DNA of 64,000 bases from an uncultured candidate division Zixibacteria bacterium. GTDB lineage: Bacteria; Zixibacteria; MSB-5A5; UBA10806. The notes beneath the pieces were generated by a model. The model had not been told where the DNA came from, made no database searches, and saw nothing but the letters and a program-made list of their open reading frames with translations. Positions 47,472-58,275 of this stretch are shown one piece after another (position 1 is the first letter of the stretch; each line of letters starts with the position of its first letter). The position numbers and the translations under genes were made by a program. The stretch lies in the NCBI GenBank assembly GCA_963817915.1, contig CAWFQL010000012.1:544001-608000 (forward strand), given 5' to 3'.

Positions 47472-48773
47472 CTAATTTATTTTTTCGATTTTAAGTCGTT
47501 TGACTTTATGGCCCTGTTTTTCGGTGATGGTTATTCGCAAGCCGGCTATTGAAACAGTTTCATACAAGGCAGGAATATGTCCCTCGGAATTGATAACCAT
47601 ACCGGTAATGGATTCAAAGTCGCCATCGGGTCTTTGAACTCCGAATCGATTGCATAAAAGCTCGGCGTCGACATTGGCCATGACGATGGCCGACCCATCG
47701 GGCTTCATAATGATTTCTTCCTCTTCAACATCATATTCATCCTGAATTTCGCCAACTATTTCTTCGATGATGTCTTCCATCGTGATTAGCCCCGCGGTAC
47801 CTCCGAATTCATCGACCACGATCGCAAGGTGAGTTTTTTTCTTATTCATGTCTTTAAGCAGTTCGGATATTTTTTTTGAATCCGGGATAAACATGACCAG
47901 GCGCATAATGTCTTTGATTATGATAAGTTCTCGATGCTGTAGGACATTTAATAGGTCGCGAGTATTGATGATTCCTTTGATGTTATCGAGATTGTCTTCG
48001 TAAACAGGCAGGCGCGAGTATTGCTCGAGCGTGGCAGTCTTCAATATCTCGTCGGGCGGGTCGTTGATTTCCACAGCGATTATCTCGGTTCGGGGAGTCA
48101 TGGCATTGCGGGCGACAATGTCAGTGAATTCGAAAACGGAATGAATGAGCTTATGTTCTTCCGGTTCGAAAACGCCGTGCTGCAAGCCCTCGGACAACAG
48201 AATTTTAACCTCTTCCTCGGTTACGTACGATTCTTTTTTGAAGCCTTTGGGAACGCCAAGCAGTTTGAGGAATAAATTTGTCGACCAGGAAAGAAAATTT
48301 ATTATCACACTCAATATTTTAAGCGACCACCAGGTACCGGGGCCGACCCATAACGCTATTCTCTCGGAATATCGAATCGCCAACGCTTTTGGCACCAGCT
48401 CAGCAAGGACAAGGAATAGGTATGAGAGGATCGCTACGACGAATATGATTGAAATAGATTCAGCACTTTGTTGAATTGCGGGAATCGGAATCGACTGCGC
48501 TATAGGCTTAATTACCAGGACTGCGGTTGCGCCTCCGAGAGCGCTGGCCGCCGATGCTGTTACAGTCATCCCGACCTGCACAATCGCGAAGAAATTGTCG
48601 GGATTATTCTTTAATTTTTCGACAAATCCAGCCCTGCTGTCGCCGGACTGGGCAAGCTCCTTAATCCTGCTTTTGCGGACCGCAATTATGGCGATTTCAG
48701 ACGCCGAAAAAAAACCTGAGATGAAAACTAATATCAGTATAAATAGTATTTCCAGCCAGAACTTTAGATCCAT
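47472..48773 (-). CDS. HlyC/CorC (CNNM + CBS pair) membrane protein
   Basis: GFFSASEIA, ELVPK, MTPR, YSRLPVY and VDEFGGTAGLITMEDIIEEIVGEI motifs. Confidence 0.93.
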   Translation of the reverse strand: MDLKFWLEILFILILVFISGFFSASEIAIIAVRKSRIKELAQSGDSRAGFVEKLKNNPDNFFAIVQVGMTVTASAASALGGATAVLVIKPIAQSIPIPAIQQSAESISIIFVVAILSYLFLVLAELVPKALAIRYSERIALWVGPGTWWSLKILSVIINFLSWSTNLFLKLLGVPKGFKKESYVTEEEVKILLSEGLQHGVFEPEEHKLIHSVFEFTDIVARNAMTPRTEIIAVEINDPPDEILKTATLEQYSRLPVYEDNLDNIKGIINTRDLLNVLQHRELIIIKDIMRLVMFIPDSKKISELLKDMNKKKTHLAIVVDEFGGTAGLITMEDIIEEIVGEIQDEYDVEEEEIIMKPDGSAIVMANVDAELLCNRFGVQRPDGDFESITGMVINSEGHIPALYETVSIAGLRITITEKQGHKVKRLKIEKIN

Positions 48774-48787
48774 CCGTTAGCCCGGCT

Positions 48788-49639
48788 TTAAAGTCCCTCT
48801 CTGGCGTATTGCTGTAATCTCGCGACTCTTTCCTCGACCGGCGGATGAGTGGAAAATAAGGTCGTAAAGCTTTTGCCGGTCAATGGACTTACGATAAAGA
48901 GATGGGCAGTCGCGGGGCTGCCTCCCAATGGTACCTGCTGACTTTTACTATTAAGCTTGGTCAGAGCCGAGGCCAGGGATAAGGGTTTATGGGATATTTC
49001 GGCAGATGCCCGGTCGGCGCCATATTCTCGTTGACGGGAAATTGCCATTTGCACCATTGCCGCCGCAATCGGGGCCAATATGCCTATAAGCAGGACGAAA
49101 ATCAGATTTCCCCCGCGCGAATCTTCATCATTGCCTCCGCCGAAAAATGGCATCCAGCGCGCCATGAAGGCTACATACGAGATCGCACCCGCTATAGTAC
49201 CGGCAATCGCTCCAACTAATGTGTCCCTGTTTCTTACATGGCCCAATTCGTGAGCCATGACAGCGGTGAGTTCATCGTCATCGAGTATCTGCATAATTCC
49301 GTGGGTTGCCGCCACCGCGGCATGCTCTGGATTTCTTCCGGTCGCGAAGGCGTTGGGGCTTTCTGAGGGAATTATATAGACCTTGGGCATGGGCAAGCCC
49401 GCCATCTGGCTCGATGATCTCACGATTCTATAGAGCCTTGGCTCCGAGGCTTCATCGACGGTCTTGGCGCCGTACATGGCCAGGACTATCTTATCCGAAA
49501 ACCAGTAAGACCCGATATTCATGATCAATGCCATCGCAAAGGCGATAGTAACGCCGGACCTTCCGCCTATCAGATAGCCGACAAAGATTAAAAGTACCGT
49601 AAGTACTACAAATAAAAGAGCGGTCTTAACACCGTTCAT
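48788..49639 (-). CDS. htpX: Zinc metalloprotease HtpX
   Basis: PNAFATGRNP, AHELGH, SRQREYGAD and FSTHPP motifs. Confidence 0.95.
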   Translation of the reverse strand: MNGVKTALLFVVLTVLLIFVGYLIGGRSGVTIAFAMALIMNIGSYWFSDKIVLAMYGAKTVDEASEPRLYRIVRSSSQMAGLPMPKVYIIPSESPNAFATGRNPEHAAVAATHGIMQILDDDELTAVMAHELGHVRNRDTLVGAIAGTIAGAISYVAFMARWMPFFGGGNDEDSRGGNLIFVLLIGILAPIAAAMVQMAISRQREYGADRASAEISHKPLSLASALTKLNSKSQQVPLGGSPATAHLFIVSPLTGKSFTTLFSTHPPVEERVARLQQYAREGL

Positions 49640-49787
49640 ATTAATCCTCCCGTAGATTTAAATATCATTTCAAAACAACATAGTCAAGTCAAACAAGAAG
49701 CAACGAATTAAGCCCTATTAAACCAGTTTCTTGTTCCCTTAATGAGTCTTATACGATTATATTTGATTTATTCATGCAAAAATCTTG

Positions 49788-51050
49788 CTATTTTTTTGAG
49801 GCCAATGTCTTTTTGAAACCCTCAATGAGAGGTATCTTTTTGTAGACAGTGACTATAAGAATCAATTCTACGACAATCCAAGCCCAATAAACGAGTGTAT
49901 AATTGACCAAGACCTGTACATGTAATTTATCCCAAAGCCAGGCGCCGAAGGCCGCATTATGGGCTAATGGCATGCTAATTTGGCTGGCGGCGTACTGGAA
50001 AAATATCTGACTTGCCCATAAAATAAATAGGCCGGCCGCTTCATACCATTTGAAGACCATCTTGGATAAAATAACCGCGCCCAATATAGCCTGCGTGGCG
50101 GTAAGCAGGATTTCAGCCCTGTGTGCCCAATCAAATGGAATGCCTGCTACCCTGCCAAGGGCTATGCAGAATACGATTGGTATGATTGCGATTAATAAGG
50201 TCAATTCCGCAATTGCGGATGATGTCATATTCATTAACGCCATTGGAGCCTTGGTAATGCTTTTGGCCCAATAAAACGCGGAGACTTTTTCAGGAAATTC
50301 CGAGAGAAATGGCGCCAACCATTGTATCAGCATGAAGGCCGGCACGCCCATTACGAACGATAATCCTATTGCCGATTCAAGAAACGGATCGGCTACAACC
50401 AAAATCCCGACTCCGCCGACAATGAAGCATGACCAGATGAGAAGATTTCGTTTCCAGGGTTTTCTGGTCAAAATATATTGGGGAATCATTTCAAGGTCGC
50501 TGATGGCTTCTTCATCCTGCGCCGGTAATTTGAGCAAAATTGTAATGTAAATTCCATAGACCGCAAATAAAACCAGAGTGTCAAAAAGCGACAAGAATCC
50601 TTTGATTACTATTACAAAAGAATAGAGCGACGCGACGAAAAGACCCACAATCTCGATCGCGTGCTCATGCTCAAGCCTTATTTTCGGGAAAGCCAACTTT
50701 TTATTTCTGCCCATATAGAAGGCTGAGGCGGTGACATATATCAACGGCCAGCCCAGCCCCATCAGCAGTCTCGACGCGCCGGTAAAATTGGCCGTCATCA
50801 AGCCTATATTGGCGGATGTTGGGAATTTGCCGGCATTCCAGGCGATAAACCCCTCGACCGTAAATTCGGGCAGGGTTTGAATCAATGCCAGCAATGTCAG
50901 CGCAAATGCCTGCGAAACCAAAAATTGAGCGGCTTCAGCGCCCCAGGCGATTACCAGAGCGGCGAAAATTATCGAAGGGAAAGTCCAGATCGCTTGGAGA
51001 GCCGACGATTTTGCGGACGCTTCACTAAGATTTTCCAGATTTTTCAACAT
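49788..51050 (-). CDS. Ca2+/cation antiporter (CaCA)-like membrane protein
   Basis: Multi-TM protein with two alpha-repeats (QTLPEF...ANFTGA and SEFPE...NMTSS). Confidence 0.75.
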   Translation of the reverse strand: MLKNLENLSEASAKSSALQAIWTFPSIIFAALVIAWGAEAAQFLVSQAFALTLLALIQTLPEFTVEGFIAWNAGKFPTSANIGLMTANFTGASRLLMGLGWPLIYVTASAFYMGRNKKLAFPKIRLEHEHAIEIVGLFVASLYSFVIVIKGFLSLFDTLVLFAVYGIYITILLKLPAQDEEAISDLEMIPQYILTRKPWKRNLLIWSCFIVGGVGILVVADPFLESAIGLSFVMGVPAFMLIQWLAPFLSEFPEKVSAFYWAKSITKAPMALMNMTSSAIAELTLLIAIIPIVFCIALGRVAGIPFDWAHRAEILLTATQAILGAVILSKMVFKWYEAAGLFILWASQIFFQYAASQISMPLAHNAAFGAWLWDKLHVQVLVNYTLVYWAWIVVELILIVTVYKKIPLIEGFKKTLASKK

Positions 51051-51056
51051 GATTTT

Positions 51057-51962
51057 TTATCCACGAATAATTTTAGAAACAATATCGGCGCGGGTGATAA
51101 TTCCAACCAGACGCCCATTCTTGATTACCATCAATCTTTCGAGGTCCTTATCGATCATAAAGGCGACAGCTTCGAGGGCAGGTCTTGAGTCCGAAATAGT
51201 ATGGAAACGAGTGTTCATGATATCTTTAACTTTTGTTTTATTATCGCGCAGAAGCATTTCATGCAGCGGCTCAAGTTGAGATAGATTCGCGGAGTTCTTC
51301 AATATCGACTTGTAGTCGGGAATAAAGCTTTTGAGTATATCCTTATCCGTGATTTCGCCGACTATCTTGCCATCGGAATCTGTCACAGGCACGCCGCTGA
51401 TATTATATTTGAACATGATATTTGCCAGGTGTTTCAATCCGTCATCGGGCGATACGCGGGGAACTGTATCGGACATCAGATCGCTGACATTGAGGAATCT
51501 GCTGACTGTGATATTAGTGTTTTCGATTATATTCATTAATTCTTCAACCGATTCCGCCTTTACGATCACATCCAGCATTCCGGGCTGACGGGCGAAATTT
51601 GCAAGGCCGGAAAGTGTTTGCAGATAGAGTTTTGAGATATTCCGCGGTGTCAGAATAAGGAAAATTGCCTTAATCGGTACATCATCAGGGCTTTTATCGG
51701 AAAATCCATATTTGTTAATCCCGAATACTATATATAAATCGGACACCGTGTCGGTGCGAGCGTGAGGGAACGCGAAGCCCCTTCCAAATGATGTCGAGCC
51801 GCATGATTCCCGTTCGATAACAGTCTTGATTATCTCATTTTTGTCTTTATCAGGATATTTTTTACAAAATAGATCTGCCAGCCTTTGGACCGCCGCCATT
51901 TTGGTATCGTCGACTAAAGTTATATCGATCAATTCGGGATCAAAAAATCTGGCAAGATTCAA
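51057..51962 (-). CDS. PTS EIIA(Ntr/Fru)-like domain fused to a CBS pair
   Basis: ERES.GST.FG.GFAFPHAR EIIA motif with His, followed by two CBS repeats. Confidence 0.85.
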   Translation of the reverse strand: MNLARFFDPELIDITLVDDTKMAAVQRLADLFCKKYPDKDKNEIIKTVIERESCGSTSFGRGFAFPHARTDTVSDLYIVFGINKYGFSDKSPDDVPIKAIFLILTPRNISKLYLQTLSGLANFARQPGMLDVIVKAESVEELMNIIENTNITVSRFLNVSDLMSDTVPRVSPDDGLKHLANIMFKYNISGVPVTDSDGKIVGEITDKDILKSFIPDYKSILKNSANLSQLEPLHEMLLRDNKTKVKDIMNTRFHTISDSRPALEAVAFMIDKDLERLMVIKNGRLVGIITRADIVSKIIRG

Positions 51963-51965
51963 TTT

Positions 51966-52653
51966 CTAAGTCTCCAATCCTTGATCAATCTCTGATGATT
52001 CTCTTTCATTATCGGCCAATAATTTCCCGGCAGCAATGGTATTCATAATTTTGGGGGACGACACGCTTCCCGAGACGATAAATTTAAGCGCCTCCTCAAT
52101 TGTGATATCGAGATAAGTTACTTCGCTTTCCGGATAAAGGATCGCGATTCCGGTAAAGGGAGTCGGGGTGTTTGGGATAAAAATACTCACGAATTCTCTT
52201 TTTGCTTCTGATGATATTATAGTAATCCGGTTCGCGAGGAGACCCATTGCGAATATACCTTTGCGCGGATATTCAACCAAAACCACTCTTTCGAAACTTT
52301 TTTTTTCCCGGGACCGCAAAACCTTCCACCACCTGTCTTGCCGCTGAGTAAATCGTATTGAAATATGGGATTTTCGTCGGCGGGGTTTCCAGAAATTGAA
52401 AATCTCTTTGGCCAAAAACATTGGTGGTTAAAATACCGGTGAGGTTATCAGCGCCAGGGTAACCAGCCAATCCCATCAAAGGGAAATCGATATGTTTTCC
52501 GACCAACTTGAACAAATCAGGGCCGAGAAAATTATCGATAGATTCGATACGAAGTTTCAGGACAGCTATGGCGACAAACAGGGGAACGATAACCAGAATA
52601 CCGGCGATAAATCGGGTTTTGATCGTTTTCTTTATTTCGTATTTGATATCCAT
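51966..52653 (-). CDS. DUF502-family protein (frameshifted)
   Basis: FIAGILVIVPL, KIPYFNTIYSAARQV, FERVVLVEYPRKG and FIPNTPTPFTG motifs spread over frames. Confidence 0.8.
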
Positions 52654-52769
52654 CGTATAGATTATTCAGTTAATATTTACAACTGTCAAGCGGAAAAGGA
52701 GATTCTCCATTCAACAAAAAATCCGGCCTTTGGGTAAAAGCCGGAAAGATAAATTTCCAGATATCGTTA

Positions 52770-54196
52770 TCAAAATTCAGGGAAAATTGCCTTGGCCGCC
52801 TCGCTAGCCCACGCATCAAGTTGTGATGGCATCATGCAAATTATGGATCACCATGACGCCGGATGCCATAATACCAAATGCCAGGGCGGGCCCGAAGGGC
52901 AGCTACGGACGGCGTTCAGATTATGGAACATCATCTTTCTAACAATATTCATATAGTAAAATAGCGACACTACCGACATTAGGACTGCCACTACCACCAG
53001 CCAATAAACCTGTCCTTTGATAGCGGCGGCGAAAAGCCAGTACTTGCCCAAGAATCCGGCCGTAGGCGGGATTCCCGTTAGTGATAGCATGAATATGGTC
53101 ATCATCAGTGCCGCCATCGGATTCCGTTTATTCAGGCCGGCGTAATCATCGATATTGTCTGAACCGGTCTTATTGGAGAAGCCTATGGCAACCATGAAGG
53201 CGCCTATATTCGCGAATACGTACGCGATCAGGAATATCATCATTCCGATTATGGAGTAGCCATTGACCGCCACCAGCGCGACGAAAACATAGCCGATCTG
53301 GGCAATCGATGAATAAGCCAGCATCCTCTAATATTTGTCTGCGTGAGAGCGACAAAATTGCCTACTACCATCGCCAACACCGCTACAATTTCCAAGACCA
53401 GTACCCAATCCGTTTTGACCACAGAAAGCGCGCCAAAGAATACGCGTACGAAGGCTACCAGTCCGGCGGCCTTTGAGGCGGTAGAAAGGAATGCCGTAAC
53501 CGGTGTCGGTGCGCCTTCATAAACATCGGGCGCCCACATATGGAATGGCGCCGCTGCCAATTTAAAGCCGAATCCGGCGATTAGCATTACTATGGCAAGT
53601 GTAAGAGCCGGTTTAAGCTGGGTGGCGGCTAATTCCCAGGATTTCATTTCGGAGAAGATCGTGGTTCCTGTCAGGCCGTAAAGAATACTCATGCCGAAGA
53701 GAAGAATCCCCGATGACGCTCCGCCGATGATCAGATATTTTAGACCAGCTTCGGTGGATTTAAGATCCTTCTTCATGTAGGCGGCCATGACATACAGCGG
53801 TATGGTCGCCAATTCCAGCGAAACATAGAGCGTAATAAGGTCGCTGGCGCTTGAAAGGAAAAGCATGCCAGACGTAGCCAACAGCATCAACCCATAGAAT
53901 TCGCCCTTATGCCTAAGCCTCAATTCCACAAAATCAAGCGAGGCGATTATGGTTAATATCGCTGAGACCAGGAATATCAGATTAAATATCTTGCTGTAAC
54001 TATCGGAAATAAAGGTACCGGCAAATCCCACTCCAGAATCGGTATTAAACACTAGGAAGATCGTGAACAAAAGTCCAAAAATTGATAAATATCCTATTCC
54101 CATCTTGTTTTGGCTTTTGCGAGTAAAATCGACAATTAATACAAAGATTGCCCAACAGAAGAGAAATATCCCTGGAATGATTAATGAAACGTTCAT
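52770..54196 (-). CDS. nuoN: NADH-quinone oxidoreductase subunit N (several frameshifts)
   Basis: EAGLKYL, FKLAAAPFHMWAPDVYEGAPTP, MLAYSSIAQ and SLTGIPPTAGF motifs. C-terminus ...AWASEAAKAIFPEF* ends at 52770. Confidence 0.9.
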
Positions 54197-55725
54197 TTTC
54201 CAACAACCGTTTGAATCAGGTTATTAACGGTACCATCGATGAAAACATTCAGCGTCGATGGCAGCACGCCCACCAACAGCGAGAGTATTGCAAGCGGAAC
54301 CAATGTGAATATTTCACGGCCGTTCATTTCAGTCAGGCCTTCCCATTTAGTATTGAATTGGCCCAAAAACATCTTCTGAATCATTCGCAAAATATATCCC
54401 GCAGTCAGCACCACTCCGAGAACCGATACGATTACTATCCATTTGTCTACATACAGGGATTCATATGTGCCGACAAATACCATAAATTCAGACACGAATC
54501 CGCTGAGAAGAGGCAGACCCAATGACGCCATCCCGAAGAAGGTGAAGAATGCCGTATAAACGGGCAGCTTTGCTCCGAGTCCGCCGAATGCCGCTATCTC
54601 TCTCGTATGAGCCCTATCGTAAATTACGCCGACCATAAGGAACAGCGCCCCCGTGATGACACCGTGAGAAAACATCTGGAACAGGCATCCCGATACTCCC
54701 AGAGTTGTAATCGCGCTGATGCCAAGCAGACAGTAGCCCATGTGGGATACCGAGGAGTACGCGACCAGCTTCTTTAAATCTTTCTGGGCCATAGATACCA
54801 AGGCTCCATAGATAATTCCAATAAGCCCCAGTATCGCGATTGGAATCGCATATGCTATGGCCGCCTTAGGGAACATGGGAAGGCAGACTCTGAGCATGCC
54901 ATAGGTTCCCATTTTGAGAAGGATACCCGCCAGAATAACCGATACGGCGGTAGGCGCTTCGACGTGAGCATCGGGTAACCACGTATGGAATGGCCATACA
55001 GGTACTTTGATCGCGAACGCCACAAAGAACGCGGCGAAAACCCACATTTGGAATAAATGAGAGTACATGCTGTTTTGCTTGACCAGATCCAGCATATTAA
55101 GCGAATTCGTGGTAAAATACAGAGCCAGTATGCCAATCAGCATGAATACCGAACCAAATAAAGTGTACAGGAAGAACTTGATGGCCGCGTATTCTCGTCT
55201 TGGGCCGCCCCAGATACCAATCAAGAAATACATCGGCACCAGCATGATTTCCCAGAAGATATAGAATAAGAAGAAATCCAGAGCGCAGAAGACACCCATC
55301 ATACCGACTTCAAGTAGCAGGAACCATGCGAAATATTCTTTAACCCGTTCTTTGATACCGAATGACGCTATGATTGAAATGAAAGACAATAATCCGGTCA
55401 GAAAAAGCATCGGCACTGAAAGACCGTCGGCGCCCATAAGATAGGTAATATTGACTTGGGGAAACCATGGGACAGGATGGGCCGATTCAAATATGAATCC
55501 CGGAGATGTGCTTTGAATATGGAAAAGCATCCCGGATCCCTTGGCGGCCAGATAATACCATAAAAGATAAATCGATAGTAAAAATGGTATCAAGGAGAAT
55601 CCGGCGGCAGTCATCCGAATTGCGCCTACTGATTCCTTTTTCAGAAGCAAAACGGCGAAGACCCCGATAAGAGGGATAAATGTCATCCATGTCAATATAT
55701 TGAAAGGAAATGTTACGGGTTCCAA
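54193..55725 (-). CDS. nuoM: NADH-quinone oxidoreductase subunit M
   Basis: FWEIMLVPMYFLIG.WG, HTWLPDAHVEAP and KKLVAYSSVSHMG motifs. Confidence 0.96.
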   Translation of the reverse strand: MEPVTFPFNILTWMTFIPLIGVFAVLLLKKESVGAIRMTAAGFSLIPFLLSIYLLWYYLAAKGSGMLFHIQSTSPGFIFESAHPVPWFPQVNITYLMGADGLSVPMLFLTGLLSFISIIASFGIKERVKEYFAWFLLLEVGMMGVFCALDFFLFYIFWEIMLVPMYFLIGIWGGPRREYAAIKFFLYTLFGSVFMLIGILALYFTTNSLNMLDLVKQNSMYSHLFQMWVFAAFFVAFAIKVPVWPFHTWLPDAHVEAPTAVSVILAGILLKMGTYGMLRVCLPMFPKAAIAYAIPIAILGLIGIIYGALVSMAQKDLKKLVAYSSVSHMGYCLLGISAITTLGVSGCLFQMFSHGVITGALFLMVGVIYDRAHTREIAAFGGLGAKLPVYTAFFTFFGMASLGLPLLSGFVSEFMVFVGTYESLYVDKWIVIVSVLGVVLTAGYILRMIQKMFLGQFNTKWEGLTEMNGREIFTLVPLAILSLLVGVLPSTLNVFIDGTVNNLIQTVVGK

Positions 55726-55740
55726 CTAATCCTCCTATTA

Positions 55741-57918
55741 TCATACCAGCTTGATAAATATAAAGACCACCGCGCCTATGAAAATCACAAGCCCATAGGT
55801 CTGAAGTTGACCGGTTTGTATTTTGCGAATCTGTTTGCCGAAGAACATTGAGATATATCCGCTGCCATTGACAGCGCCATCAACCACTATAACATCGAAT
55901 CTCTCGTATGCCCATGAGAGGAACATTGTCAGTTTTCCCGCACCATTGACTATGCCATCGATGATGAGCTGATCGAATTTGAATAATATTTCAGCGAAGA
56001 AATATGTGAATCTGATTATAGTACCATTATAGAGCTCATCGAAATACCATTTATTATAAAGGAATGTGTAAATCGGTTTGAATCGCGCGGCCATCTTCAC
56101 GGGGGAGATCGCCCCTTTGACGTACATTAAGTAGGCCAGGCCGATACCGGAAAGCGCGATCACCAGCGATCCGAACATCAGAATCAAATTGGCCGGGGCA
56201 TGATGGACAGCGCCGAAATAGACAAATGATGAATACCCCTTTGATAACCAGGGAATACCTACCCAGCCGGCGAATATCGAAAGGACCGCCAGTATCTGCA
56301 ACGGCACCGTCATACTTTTCGGTGATTCGTGAGCATGATCGTAGGCGTGCTGATCACGAGGTTCGCCGATAAATGTCATAAAATATAATCTAAACATATA
56401 GAATGCCGTCATGAATGCCACGAGTATGCCAACGGCGAGAAAACCGTAATGGCCTCCGGCATAAGCGACAGCGAAAATTTCGTCTTTTGACCAGAATCCT
56501 GATAGCGGGAATATACCGGCAATCGAAAGGCTGGCGATCAGGAAAGTCATCGATGTTATCTTGAGCTTTTTTCCAAGTCCGCCCATGAACTGAATGTCAT
56601 TGGTGTGGACAGCGTGAATGACCGAGCCAGCGGCGAGGAATAAGAGGGCTTTGAAGAAAGCGTGGGTCATTAAATGGAATGTTCCGGCTGTATATCCTGC
56701 GAGCCCTAATGCCATGATCATATACCCAAGCTGAGAAACTGTCGAATAGGCGAGTACTCGCTTGATATCATTTTGAACCAATCCAATCGATGCCGCCAAA
56801 AATGCCGTGAATGCTCCAATACAAGCTACCACGTACATCATAGTCGGGGAGATCATTATAATTCCCATCATACGGGCGGTGAGGTATACTCCGGCGGCAA
56901 CCATTGTCGCGGCATGAATCAACGCGGAGACTGGGGTCGGGCCTTCCATAGCATCGGGCAACCAAACATGCAGCGGGAACTGAGCCGACTTGCCAACCGC
57001 GCCAGCGAACATTAATATACCCGCGATCCCGACCAGCCACATCATATTTGGCGCGATCTCACCATTGAATATCATATAATTGAGCTCCGGCAATGATGCC
57101 GAGCCGACTGCGAATATCAAAATCATCAAGCCAAGCAGGAATCCCAAGTCGCCGATTTTTGTCGTGACAAAAGCCTTCTTACCGGCATCCGAAGCCGATT
57201 TCTTTTCAAACCAGAAGCCGATCAACAAATACGATGTTAAACCAACCAGTTCCCAGAATACGAACATCAGGATATAAGTCCCTGATAAAACAAGACCAAG
57301 CATCGCGAAAGTGAATAACGACAAATACGCGTAATATCTGGCGAATCGAGGGTCGCCATGCATATAGCCGAGCGAATATATCTGCACAAGCGCGGCCACT
57401 ATCGTGACTACCATTAACATGATGGCAGTAAGAGGATCGATATAGATTCCCATTGGTACTGAGAAGACACCTTTTTTGCCATGTCGCTGAGGCTCGGGGA
57501 ATTTGAGATTATGAGTTGAGCCTCCATGCTCCGATGTTCCGCCGCCATGAGACTCGCCGGCTATGGCAGCGTGGCTCGATGTATCCTCGTGGGCAATGGA
57601 AGGTGGTTCATGTGAAATTAATGAATCGGCTCCAACATGCTCGACGCCCGGAGGCATGGATAACGTGGAATCGATGGGGGCGGCGTTTTTCGCGCCAGAC
57701 ATGCCGTAATCGCCGAATGATAGCCAATCGACCCAATATTCCTTGGGTTTCGGATCAACCAAAACTTGAATCAATACTACGAATGATAATACGAATGAAA
57801 GCAGAACCATCGAAATCGAAAAATAGCTCGAAAGTTTGTTGTTCTTATTGAAGAAGAAGATTATCAGAATGGCTGATAAAAGGGGCAGAGCGGCGATAAG
57901 CCAACTATAAGGCAACAT
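55741..57918 (-). CDS. nuoL: NADH-quinone oxidoreductase subunit L
   Basis: KSAQFPLHVWLPDAMEGPTPVSALIHAATMV and THAFFKALLFL motifs; His-rich insertion near the N-terminus. Confidence 0.96.
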   Translation of the reverse strand: MLPYSWLIAALPLLSAILIIFFFNKNNKLSSYFSISMVLLSFVLSFVVLIQVLVDPKPKEYWVDWLSFGDYGMSGAKNAAPIDSTLSMPPGVEHVGADSLISHEPPSIAHEDTSSHAAIAGESHGGGTSEHGGSTHNLKFPEPQRHGKKGVFSVPMGIYIDPLTAIMLMVVTIVAALVQIYSLGYMHGDPRFARYYAYLSLFTFAMLGLVLSGTYILMFVFWELVGLTSYLLIGFWFEKKSASDAGKKAFVTTKIGDLGFLLGLMILIFAVGSASLPELNYMIFNGEIAPNMMWLVGIAGILMFAGAVGKSAQFPLHVWLPDAMEGPTPVSALIHAATMVAAGVYLTARMMGIIMISPTMMYVVACIGAFTAFLAASIGLVQNDIKRVLAYSTVSQLGYMIMALGLAGYTAGTFHLMTHAFFKALLFLAAGSVIHAVHTNDIQFMGGLGKKLKITSMTFLIASLSIAGIFPLSGFWSKDEIFAVAYAGGHYGFLAVGILVAFMTAFYMFRLYFMTFIGEPRDQHAYDHAHESPKSMTVPLQILAVLSIFAGWVGIPWLSKGYSSFVYFGAVHHAPANLILMFGSLVIALSGIGLAYLMYVKGAISPVKMAARFKPIYTFLYNKWYFDELYNGTIIRFTYFFAEILFKFDQLIIDGIVNGAGKLTMFLSWAYERFDVIVVDGAVNGSGYISMFFGKQIRKIQTGQLQTYGLVIFIGAVVFIFIKLV

Positions 57919-57966
57919 CAGATAATTCCTCCGACAGCTATTTTCGAAACGATATTAATCACATTA

Positions 57967-58275
57967 TCACCATTTCATGAAATTGATCTTATCTACTTCA
58001 ATGCCTCTGAAATTTCGATAGAGCAGCATTACGATGGCCAGGCCGACCGCGGCTTCAGCGGCGGCGATGGTTATGATGAAAATAGAGAATATCTGGCCCG
58101 ACATCCCAACCGGATTGACATATCTTGAAAATGCCACGAAATTGATATTCACGGCGTTAAACATCAACTCGATTGACATTAAAACGCCGATCGCATTTCG
58201 TCTGGTCAATAAGCCGAATACCCCGATACAAAACAGGGCAGAAGCTAATATTAGATAATGAACCAAGCCGGGCAT
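57967..58275 (-). CDS. nuoK: NADH-quinone oxidoreductase subunit K
   Basis: RRNAI..LMSIELM.N and [10 protein letters not shown] motifs. Confidence 0.96.
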   Translation of the reverse strand: MPGLVHYLILASALFCIGVFGLLTRRNAIGVLMSIELMFNAVNINFVAFSRYVNPVGMSGQIFSIFIITIAAAEAAVGLAIVMLLYRNFRGIEVDKINFMKW

